Positions 40,306-48,937 of a stretch of DNA of 64,000 nucleotides are shown here, piece after piece. The stretch is from Candidatus Hydrogenedentota bacterium (GTDB taxonomy: Bacteria > Hydrogenedentota > Hydrogenedentia > Hydrogenedentales > SLHB01): contig CAXXTH010000003.1 of the NCBI GenBank assembly GCA_963668025.2, positions 32,001-96,000 on the forward strand. Direction: 5' to 3'. Below the pieces are notes generated by a model that saw nothing but the letters and a program-made list of their open reading frames with translations, had not been told where the DNA came from and made no database searches. Each line of letters starts with the position of its first letter. Positions within the stretch are counted from its first letter, which is position 1. A program made the translations under genes and the position numbers.

Positions 40306-41574
40306 TTATTGGCGCTCCCAGACAGGGACAAACGACCGCTTGTTCTCGCCCGTATATACTTGGCGCGGGCGGTGGATACGGCCAGCGGGATCGCTGGCCA
40401 TCTCTTTCCAATGGGCGATCCAGCCGGGCATGCGTCCCAGTGCGAACATGACGGTAAACATGTCCGTAGGGATGCCGATGGCTCGATAAATAATCCCGCT
40501 GTAGAAATCCACATTCGGATATAGTTTGCGCTCAATGAAGAAATCGTCATTGAGCGCGATTTCTTCGAGGCTTTTAGCGATATCGAGCAGTGGATCATTA
40601 ACTCCTAGTTCGATCAATACCTCATCACAGGCCTTTTTTAGGATTTTCGCGCGCGGATCAAAATTCTTATATACCCGGTGTCCGAAGCCCATCAGCCGGA
40701 ATCCGCTATTGCGGTCCTTGGCCATCTCGACGTATTTTTTATAGTCGCCTTTATCTTTCCTGATCCTGTCCAGCATCTCGATGACGGACTGGTTAGCGCC
40801 GCCATGCAGCGGGCCCGATAACGCGCACACACCCGCGCTGATACTGGCATAGAGGCTTGCTTTACTGCTGCCCACCATACGTACGGTCGACGTGCTGCAA
40901 TTCTGTTCATGATCCGCATGGACAATCAATAACAGGTTAAGAGCGTTTTCGATAACCTCCGACACTTCATAGGTCTCGGCGGGTGTGGCGAACATCATGC
41001 GCAGAAAATTAGCCATATAGCTGTAATCGGTACGCGGGTAGATCAGCGGCTCGCCGACCGATTTTTTATACGCAATGGCCGCCAGCGTCTTGGCTTTGGC
41101 CAGCAGGCGCATGATGTTCTTGTCCGCATCATCCTGATCCGGATAGAACGCAGGCAGCGCCGCCACCATGGCCGATAGGATGGTCATGGGATGGGTCGTG
41201 GGAGGGAAGTGATCGAAGAAATTCACCATGCTCTCGTGAACCAGGCTGTTCAACGTAAGCTGGCGCCTCCATTCGTTCAATTCCGACTGGTTGGGCAGGT
41301 GATCGTAAATCAAGAGATAGCATACCTCCGGAAAACGGGCGGCCTCCGCCAAATCCTCAATGTCATAGCCGCGGTACCGAAGGATGCCTTTTTCACCATC
41401 AATAAAGGTGACCGAGCTCTGGCAAGAGCCCGTATTGGCATAGCCGGGATCCATGGTGATGTATCCCGTCTGGTTCCTCAACGCCGTCAAATCAATGGCG
41501 CGCTCGCTTTCCGTACCTTCGATGACGGGGTATTCAAATTCTTTTCCTTCAATCACCAATTTCGCTGTAGCCAT
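40306..41574 (-). CDS. gltA: Citrate synthase
   Basis: DPGY.NT, HADHEQN.ST, GPLHGGAN, GFGHRVY and YPNVDFYSG motifs. Confidence 0.96.
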   Translation of the reverse strand: MATAKLVIEGKEFEYPVIEGTESERAIDLTALRNQTGYITMDPGYANTGSCQSSVTFIDGEKGILRYRGYDIEDLAEAARFPEVCYLLIYDHLPNQSELNEWRRQLTLNSLVHESMVNFFDHFPPTTHPMTILSAMVAALPAFYPDQDDADKNIMRLLAKAKTLAAIAYKKSVGEPLIYPRTDYSYMANFLRMMFATPAETYEVSEVIENALNLLLIVHADHEQNCSTSTVRMVGSSKASLYASISAGVCALSGPLHGGANQSVIEMLDRIRKDKGDYKKYVEMAKDRNSGFRLMGFGHRVYKNFDPRAKILKKACDEVLIELGVNDPLLDIAKSLEEIALNDDFFIERKLYPNVDFYSGIIYRAIGIPTDMFTVMFALGRMPGWIAHWKEMASDPAGRIHRPRQVYTGENKRSFVPVWERQ

Positions 41575-41769
41575 GGCCGTCTCCCTTCGAAGGTTGTATT
41601 TCAACTATGGAACAACTGGTATCTGCGCAGCTTTTTCCCTTTCCAGGAACACAACGCAGGCGGCGTATACGATATTCCTTAACACTGTCGGGGAGGCTCA
41701 ACCAACATGATAACAACGGCCATCATAATTGTCTAGCCGTATTGAACAATACTCATCCTGCACTACTGC

Positions 41770-43212
41770 CTACTTCGTACTTCCGGGAAAGGCATTTTGG
41801 ACATATTGTCCCAGCGTTGTTTGATATTCCTGTTCATCGAGTGCATGCAACGCCTTCTGGGCGAGTTCTGGGCGTTTCTCTTCCGCGAGAATATGCGCAT
41901 TTCCCGTTGAACCTGCGCCGCTCAGATTTTGGGCGCTGGCGAGGAACTGGATTCGAAGTTGTTCCATGCGGCTTTCGATGGCCTTGATGCCCGCTTCCGC
42001 GATGCGATTTTGCTCGGAGAACTCGATGCCTACACTCGAGTACAGCTCGCGCGCTTTTTTGAGAGTTTCCAGCGCATCATATACTTTAGAGCCTGCCGCA
42101 AGGTCTTCCGCCTGTTTTTCGAGCGCTACCGCAGTCTCGACAGCGCCTTGCGCAGCGCCCATTCTTTCCGTTTTGTCATCAAGCTGGGATTGCGCCTGGA
42201 TCAGCTTCCCCTTGGCTTCCGCATTCAACGCATCTGCTTGCACCGCTTTTTCAAATGCCATGCGCGCATCTTCAAGATTTCCCGCATCCAAGGCCTCATC
42301 ACCAGTCGTGACATAATAAGCGGCCAAGCGTTCCGCGATATCCCGTCTTCCCGGTTGCTGTTTAAGCACGGACTGGTATTCTTGAATCGCCCGCTCATAC
42401 AACCCGCCGTCGTAGAAAATGTCGCCTATGTGCTTCTGAAAATCCGGTTCCAGCAAACCGAGCGCTTTTATTCGCTCGTACGAGGCTTCTGCTTCCCGCG
42501 CATGGCCTCGCTCCACATAAAAGATCACCGCGCCTCCGAAGTAATCCCGCATCTGTTCTTTCGATACATTCACGACTCGAGCCTTGCCGGAAAGGATCGT
42601 GTACCACACGTCGGCTACGGCGTTCATCGAGCGGCTGACCTCTTGTGAGAGGGTCTGGGAAGCTGTCCCGTCAAAACCGAGCCCGCTTTTATAATCGGCC
42701 TCGAGCACAGTCTGGCGTGCTTCCGCGGAAGATTGAAGAGCCGTTATATATGATACTGCGTCTACCGTGCGCCGGGTGGATGACTCGATGCTGGCCGAAG
42801 CGATATGGGCGTCTACATCGGCATAATATTGCGAACGATACACCGTTGTTGCCGTAGGCATCGGAGAGGTCGCGTTAGCGATGAGCTGTCCGAGTGCGCC
42901 CAGCCGGTAGGCGAAATAGGGATCCACGCGCGTTCCATGCACCGCTTCCAGCAAATACATCTCGGATTCAACGGCATTAATCGGATTGGAAGCGCTTGAA
43001 GGGATGAGTTTTTCAATCACGCCCGTTGAAGCTTCCGCGCCCGCCTTGACATCTCCCAGTAAGTTGGTGAGCGGAATATTGTTCTCTTTTGCCATCATCT
43101 GTGCGGCTCCGCTTACAATGGAGGAGGCCGTTTTGGGATTCCATGCATACGCAGGGGCCGAAAAAACAGCCAACAGCAAGGCGGCGGCAAGCAGGCGTTT
43201 TGCGAATTTCAT
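41770..43212 (-). CDS. Exported TPR protein with an N-terminal helical domain
   Basis: Signal peptide AYA|W; TPR-like repeats in the C-terminal half. Confidence 0.7.
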   Translation of the reverse strand: MKFAKRLLAAALLLAVFSAPAYAWNPKTASSIVSGAAQMMAKENNIPLTNLLGDVKAGAEASTGVIEKLIPSSASNPINAVESEMYLLEAVHGTRVDPYFAYRLGALGQLIANATSPMPTATTVYRSQYYADVDAHIASASIESSTRRTVDAVSYITALQSSAEARQTVLEADYKSGLGFDGTASQTLSQEVSRSMNAVADVWYTILSGKARVVNVSKEQMRDYFGGAVIFYVERGHAREAEASYERIKALGLLEPDFQKHIGDIFYDGGLYERAIQEYQSVLKQQPGRRDIAERLAAYYVTTGDEALDAGNLEDARMAFEKAVQADALNAEAKGKLIQAQSQLDDKTERMGAAQGAVETAVALEKQAEDLAAGSKVYDALETLKKARELYSSVGIEFSEQNRIAEAGIKAIESRMEQLRIQFLASAQNLSGAGSTGNAHILAEEKRPELAQKALHALDEQEYQTTLGQYVQNAFPGSTK

Positions 43213-43223
43213 AGCCAACTCCT

Positions 43224-44999
43224 TCACGCTGCGCCTACAGGCGGCGTTGTGGTGTTCGATTCGGCGGCAGGTGGTGTCACAACACTGGGGGCTGGAGCAT
43301 CTCCGCTGCCTGGCGGCTGCGAACTCCCCGGAATAGGCGGTGCAGCCGCAGGCGTGTCAGCCGCTGCCGCCGGCGTGGTTTCCGGCTGGGGCGCTGTTTC
43401 GGCAGGCGCTGCTGGCGCTTGTCCCGCAGCCATCGTCTCTTTCAATTGCGCCACCAAGGTCTTTACTTCCTCGATGCGCGCATTCGGCAACGCAGGATTT
43501 ACTTGAGATGTGTACGCATCAAGCTCCTGCACCGCCTCCGCTAGCATGCCTCGCTGGATTAATAGAAGGCCATTCTCCAGCCGCGCCGGGGCATAGGCAG
43601 GATCAGTTCTTATAGCGGTTGCAAAGGCCTCTCGGGCCCCGCTGATATCGCCCGCTTTCGCCAGAATGCGCCCGCGAATCGTATAGGCGATAGGCCCAGT
43701 GGCATTTTGGCTGATGGCTTTATCTATGGCTTCTTGCGCTTGGACAGCCTGGCCCGTATCGAGGTAAATCGACGCGGCCTGGGCCAGCGCGGCGCTCGCA
43801 AAGGGGCCCGTTTCCTTGCTCAGGGCCTCGAAGACAGGCAAGGCGTCCTGCGGAAATCCCTGCGCTTCCGCGCACACAGCGGCAAAAAAACGCGCGGCGT
43901 CATCTTTGGTGTTTGCATCCACGGCTCGTTTAAAGAGCCCTTCCGCATCGGCCAAATTCCCCCTTAGCAAGGCTTGAAGGCCCAATTGCACCATCGAAGC
44001 GCCTTTCATGCCGGTCTGCCCCTGCAAAGCGGCGTCGAAAGCCCCTTGGCCTTGCTCATCCAACCCAAGCATGTCGAAAATGAAGCCATTGGCCGCATAC
44101 AGATTGGCCAGCGTTTCACCAGAAGCGTTATCGCTCTCGAACTGTTTTTGGGCCAGCGTTAAGTCATTGGAAGCATCGGTGTATTTTCCGCTCAACGCGC
44201 GGGCGACACCCAAAGCCATGCGCGCACGCGCATGGGCGGGCTCTAAGTCGATTGCTTTAGTGAGGGCCGCTATTTGGCCTTCTCCATCGCCGAGGACGCC
44301 CCGGAGCTGTCCCAGTAAAAACCAAGCATCGAAATCACTGGGGGAGCGTTCCACCAATTGTTCGAGTGCGCCCGTCGCCCGTTTCTGGCCATCTTCCGTT
44401 TTGAGCCGGGCATAGCTCAATGCCGCCGCGAAAGCGGCTTTTGTATCCTGCTTATTGATCTTGGAAGCGCTTTCAAAGGACTGGGCTGCTTCGGCGAATT
44501 CCGCGTTGAGCCAATGAAACCGGCCCAAGGTAAACTGGGCCAACGCGTCATCCGGCTTGCTCTTGATATGCGTTTCCAACAGCTTCATGGCTTCCAGGGG
44601 CTTCCCGGCGGCATACAATTTCTCCGCTTTCGCGATGGGATCATGCAACAAAACCATGAGCCCATAAACCGCTCCCGCCAGGATGATTACGACGATAGCG
44701 CCTATCGCGATCCGGGTGAGCCAAGGGCTGGATTCTTTCGATGTCGTTACCGTACTACTGGCGCTCGTTTTGGCTTGGGTGATTTTCTGGCCTGTCAGCA
44801 AATTGGTGCCGCAAGCCACGCAAATAATGTCGCCTTCCTGGATGTATGCGCCGCAATTGGGGCATGTCGCGCTTTCACCAGACCGGGATTTGGGGGCTGG
44901 CCCAGCTCCTTTCCGGAACACGCCCCCGCAATGGACGCAACTGTCTAGTTTCGGGTCGGTCAGACGCCCACAGAATGGACAATTCATCATATTCGCCAC
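43224..44999 (-). CDS. Double zinc-ribbon, single-TM, multi-TPR protein
   Basis: Four CxxC pairs, one TM helix, many TPRs, Pro/Ala tail; AGGAG RBS before GTG at 44999. Confidence 0.8.
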   Translation of the reverse strand: MANMMNCPFCGRLTDPKLDSCVHCGGVFRKGAGPAPKSRSGESATCPNCGAYIQEGDIICVACGTNLLTGQKITQAKTSASSTVTTSKESSPWLTRIAIGAIVVIILAGAVYGLMVLLHDPIAKAEKLYAAGKPLEAMKLLETHIKSKPDDALAQFTLGRFHWLNAEFAEAAQSFESASKINKQDTKAAFAAALSYARLKTEDGQKRATGALEQLVERSPSDFDAWFLLGQLRGVLGDGEGQIAALTKAIDLEPAHARARMALGVARALSGKYTDASNDLTLAQKQFESDNASGETLANLYAANGFIFDMLGLDEQGQGAFDAALQGQTGMKGASMVQLGLQALLRGNLADAEGLFKRAVDANTKDDAARFFAAVCAEAQGFPQDALPVFEALSKETGPFASAALAQAASIYLDTGQAVQAQEAIDKAISQNATGPIAYTIRGRILAKAGDISGAREAFATAIRTDPAYAPARLENGLLLIQRGMLAEAVQELDAYTSQVNPALPNARIEEVKTLVAQLKETMAAGQAPAAPAETAPQPETTPAAAADTPAAAPPIPGSSQPPGSGDAPAPSVVTPPAAESNTTTPPVGAA

Positions 45000-45061
45000 G
45001 GCCACAACTCCTGGTTCATCTAGCTGGCGTATGGCCAGTTCGCATGCACCGTTAACCGGCG

Positions 45062-45244
45062 TTATTCCTGTTTCGGGAACGGAGCGCCGCATGCCGAACA
45101 TCGTTCCGCATCAAGCGGACTGCGCGCGCCGCATGACCGGCACTTCACGCGCAGCAGCGAAGACACGCTGAGAACCGCCACTGAGGCGATGATGCCTAGC
45201 ATCACGGCCAAATATACCGTGCTGGACATATCCTTCGTCTCCAT
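45062..45244 (-). CDS. Small TM plus zinc-ribbon protein
   Basis: Hydrophobic helix, then CRSCG...CSACGAPF. Confidence 0.65.
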   Translation of the reverse strand: METKDMSSTVYLAVMLGIIASVAVLSVSSLLRVKCRSCGARSPLDAERCSACGAPFPKQE

Positions 45245-45432
45245 GTTCGGCGCGCCAAGCGCCACTCCTCACGCTCAGCCTGCACGGGCTCTCTACTTGA
45301 TTGTAGAGGCGAGTAGTGCGCTCTGTCAATTGATATCCTTGCCGCTTATAGATAAGTGCCTGCAAGCATATCGGTTATATCAGGTATTTTTTTCTTCGTA
45401 TGTGAATCATATCTGCAAATAACCCAAGGAGT

Positions 45433-46308
45433 TCATTCAAACTCCAGCCGCTTCAATCCGTCTTTCATCACGATATGTTTTTTAACGCCCAGGTCATCCA
45501 TCCATGCGCGATTCTGGATAGTCTTCCACGGGCCGCTTCCGGGGCCTTCGCCGTGATCATTGTCCCAGAGCCAATCGGGGGTGGGCCACAAGCAGATCGT
45601 CGGACGCACGATCTCATAAAAGGCGCGGGATACGCCTTGCTGCCCATGATGCGCCATCTGAACGACATCGGCCTTCAGCATTTCCGGCGCTTGCAGTTGC
45701 ATCACCTTCTCGCCGCCTTCCATTCCCATGTCGCCCAGAAACAACAGCGTTGTCTTCGGCGTTTTCACGCGGTAGATGACCGTCGAATTATTGATGGGAT
45801 TTTTTGGAATAGCCGCATAATCATTAAGCGCTTGGATTTCCACATCCCCATACACCAAGGGCTGATGGGGGGACAATGGACCTTTCTTGTCAAAAGCTTC
45901 GATTGCTTTATAAAAAACAGACGCCGATTTTACTTCACCCGACTCCGCCCCAAGGACTTCCGTGAGCCAGGCCAGTGATGGAAAAGAAAAAAATACCTGA
46001 TCAATCGCCAGTTCGTTTTTCCCACGCTCCAGATATTCCACCAACGCGTCTACGTGATCATCGTGTATATGAGAGAGCAGCCATGCCTTGACATGGCCGT
46101 CTCCACTGATTTCCCGTATCTGCTTCACTAAGTAATCGCAATCGCCGCGCGTCCCGCCGTCGATGACGATCACGCTGCCGTCATTGGCTTTCAGAATATA
46201 CGACATCATCTGCGAATGGGTCTGGTTAGGCAGTTGCCAGAGTTCCAGCGCAGGTGCGGATGTATTCAACAACAGACCGCTCAACAGGAGAAGAAAAGGC
46301 ATTGGCAT
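45433..46308 (-). CDS. Secreted MBL-fold metallo-hydrolase (ComEC/Rec2-like)
   Basis: IDGG, SHIHDDH, LFLGD and MAHHG motifs. Confidence 0.85.
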   Translation of the reverse strand: MPMPFLLLLSGLLLNTSAPALELWQLPNQTHSQMMSYILKANDGSVIVIDGGTRGDCDYLVKQIREISGDGHVKAWLLSHIHDDHVDALVEYLERGKNELAIDQVFFSFPSLAWLTEVLGAESGEVKSASVFYKAIEAFDKKGPLSPHQPLVYGDVEIQALNDYAAIPKNPINNSTVIYRVKTPKTTLLFLGDMGMEGGEKVMQLQAPEMLKADVVQMAHHGQQGVSRAFYEIVRPTICLWPTPDWLWDNDHGEGPGSGPWKTIQNRAWMDDLGVKKHIVMKDGLKRLEFE

Positions 46309-46377
46309 GGAAATACGTTCCTTTCAACAGCTTTTATAGATATGCCGACGCATGATTTCCATCTCGGCATTCCTGTG

Positions 46378-46851
46378 TTAGGAAGTAATTAACGGACTAA
46401 ACGGCATGGCATTGCCCGTCAACAAGGAATAAATTAGGCCTATGATATTCAACGCAATGGAGATATACCCCAAAACCAAACCGGCCAGCGCCATGCCCCG
46501 GCCCCGATATAACGCCGGCTCCCGGTTAATCTGGCTTAGTGCAATATGCCCGCAAACAACGGCAGGTATCGCCGTTACACAGCAACATAATCCGAGGATG
46601 CCACAGACCATGCTGGTTATCGCCAGACCAGACGCCCGTGGTTCGGCGCGTTCGAGTGGTATGGCCCCCGTAGGCGTTCTATCCCACAATTCCACCATCA
46701 CATGGGCCGGAATCCAATCAGCCATGCCATCCGTCCATACCAAATCATCGGTTTTCACCTGCCCCGTCCGCAACAGCGCCATGAGTTCCATTTGGGAAAC
46801 AGGTCCAATTTGCTGGCCGCCTTGTGAATAATACCACTGGTATTCTCTCAT
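46378..46851 (-). CDS. GYF_2 (DUF4339) plus DUF4190 membrane protein
   Basis: WYY...Q.GP...LVWTDGMADW; AITSMVCGILG...GHIAL...GRGMALAGLVLG. Confidence 0.88.
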   Translation of the reverse strand: MREYQWYYSQGGQQIGPVSQMELMALLRTGQVKTDDLVWTDGMADWIPAHVMVELWDRTPTGAIPLERAEPRASGLAITSMVCGILGLCCCVTAIPAVVCGHIALSQINREPALYRGRGMALAGLVLGYISIALNIIGLIYSLLTGNAMPFSPLITS

Positions 46852-46979
46852 GATATGCTCCTTCGCATATGTATCCCTATATGCTCCGAACCCTGGATTG
46901 CCGCATTGTGCGTGGCCGATACGAAATTGTCAATGCATGGGACGGCATGATAGGCTTTCTCATAAAGGAGCATGTATTC

Positions 46980-47429
46980 ATGTTGAATGTAATTCGCGAA
47001 CTTTTTTCGCCAGCATCCGCGCCAGCGCCGGAGAAGGCCACGGAGCGGCTGCGCGTCGCCACATGCGCGCTGCTGCTGGAAGTGGCGGGAGCCGATGATG
47101 ATTTCGCGCCGGAAGAATGCAGCCGCATCATCCAGGCGCTTCGGGAGCGGTTTGATCTGCCTCAGGAAGAGGCGGAAGAGCTTATCCGCGTGGCGGATGA
47201 ACGCAAGCGAGACACGGTTGATCTCTGGCGTTTTACGAGCATCATCAATGAACAATGCAGCCGGGAGGAGAAGGAAGCCATTATCGAGGAGATATGGCGT
47301 GTCATCTTCGCGGACGGCCATTTGGAAGCCCACGAAGATTATCTCGTCCACAAGCTGGCCCGTTTGTTGAATTTGTCGCATCCCCAGCTCATTACGGCAA
47401 AATCACGCGCCCGCGCGCCCAGAGCGTAA
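46980..47429 (+). CDS. TerB-family protein
   Basis: LLLEVAGADDDF...E and ADG.L...E motifs; AAGGAG RBS. Confidence 0.85.
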   Translation: MLNVIRELFSPASAPAPEKATERLRVATCALLLEVAGADDDFAPEECSRIIQALRERFDLPQEEAEELIRVADERKRDTVDLWRFTSIINEQCSREEKEAIIEEIWRVIFADGHLEAHEDYLVHKLARLLNLSHPQLITAKSRARAPRA

Positions 47430-47464
47430 CATGCTCAGGTGCATGACGTTATAAAATACCGCTC

Positions 47465-48937
47465 TTACGGTTTGGCCGCTTCAACTGGTACGCGCAACGC
47501 CACGATAAAGGGAGTTTCCCGGCCGCTGCGGGCGACGCGCACGAGGATGGCTTTTCCCGGCAACGCTTTTGCCTTCATGATGCTTCGCAACGCATCGGGC
47601 CCATTAATGGGTTCTTTCGCGGCTTCAACGATCACATCACCGGGCCGTATGTCGCCTTCATACGCGGGGGAGTCTGGTTCCACATCATCTACATATGCGC
47701 CTTTTATGCCGGGCGAAAAACCGAGCGATTGGGCCATATCCGCCGAAAGCTCTTGAACCCGCATTCCCAGAACCAAGCCGCCGAGCACCGATTCCTGCGG
47801 ATCTTCAGGGCGCTCATCCAGGCTCACTGACAACGGAATCGTATTGCCTTCGCGCCACACCTCGACTTGCGCCGCTACTCCGGGCGGCAGGCAAGCCACC
47901 TTGCTCATGAGATCGCTTGCGCTTTCTACAGGCTCTCCATTCACCGTCCGGATGATGTCATATGTCCGCATCCCAGCCCGTTCCGCAGGTGTTTGAGGAT
48001 ACACATTCGCGACGATAGCCCCGAGGCGATCAGGCAAGCTTTCCGCATCCGCGTACTCCGGCGTCACATCATCAATCTCGACGCCCAGATAGCCCCGGGT
48101 CACTTTACCAGCGCTGATGAGTTCCGGCACGATGCGCTCTTTGGCCATGTTGATGGGAATGGCGAATCCAAGGCTTTCCGCGCCCCACACAATCGCGGTG
48201 TTGATGCCGATCACTTCGCCGTCAATATTGCATAAGGGGCCGCCGCTATTGCCCAAATTGATGGCGGCGTCGGTTTGAATGAAGCTGTAAAACTGGATGT
48301 CGGGCAAATTGATGTTATCTTTTTGCCCCCGGCCCAATGCCGAGATGTGGCCGAAGGAAAGAGAGCCCGCGAGATTGTGCGGGCTTCCCACGGCGATGGC
48401 GAACTGGCCCACCTGCAAGGCATCGGAATCACCCAGAGGGGCGGCGGGCAATTCCTTGCCCGTGTCAATCTTGATCACGGCGATATCCGTCTGCGCATCT
48501 TGGCCTATGACAGTTGCTTTATAGGTATTGCCGTCCGCAAGGCGGACTTCTATGCTCTGCGCATCATCAATCACATGATTATTGGTGATGATGTGCCCCG
48601 CCGCATCATAGATGAAACCGGAACCTGCCGCCCGCGGGCGCGGCGCACGGCGTTTTTCCAAATCTTTCCCGGGCGAAGGTTCTGCGTCTTCCTCGTTATC
48701 AGGAGTGGGCAAGCCTAGAAATTTACGCAGATCGTTCAAGTTATTAGGCTCGAGGCCCGCTGGGCCTTCAGGGGTATTGCGCTCGATATTGATGCTTACA
48801 ACCCAAGGGCTGATGCGCTGGCCTGCCTGGACAAATTCGCTTTCGATCTCCTTCAGCATGCCGCCTTCGCCTTGGGCGGGGCCGCATCCCAACAGCGGTA
48901 AAATGACCAGCACATAAGCGGTGCGCAATACCTTCAT
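47465..48937 (-). CDS. DegP/DegQ (HtrA) serine protease with two PDZ domains
   Basis: GSGFI, TNNHV, DIAVI and TDAAINLGNSGGPL motifs. Confidence 0.93.
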   Translation of the reverse strand: MKVLRTAYVLVILPLLGCGPAQGEGGMLKEIESEFVQAGQRISPWVVSINIERNTPEGPAGLEPNNLNDLRKFLGLPTPDNEEDAEPSPGKDLEKRRAPRPRAAGSGFIYDAAGHIITNNHVIDDAQSIEVRLADGNTYKATVIGQDAQTDIAVIKIDTGKELPAAPLGDSDALQVGQFAIAVGSPHNLAGSLSFGHISALGRGQKDNINLPDIQFYSFIQTDAAINLGNSGGPLCNIDGEVIGINTAIVWGAESLGFAIPINMAKERIVPELISAGKVTRGYLGVEIDDVTPEYADAESLPDRLGAIVANVYPQTPAERAGMRTYDIIRTVNGEPVESASDLMSKVACLPPGVAAQVEVWREGNTIPLSVSLDERPEDPQESVLGGLVLGMRVQELSADMAQSLGFSPGIKGAYVDDVEPDSPAYEGDIRPGDVIVEAAKEPINGPDALRSIMKAKALPGKAILVRVARSGRETPFIVALRVPVEAAKP

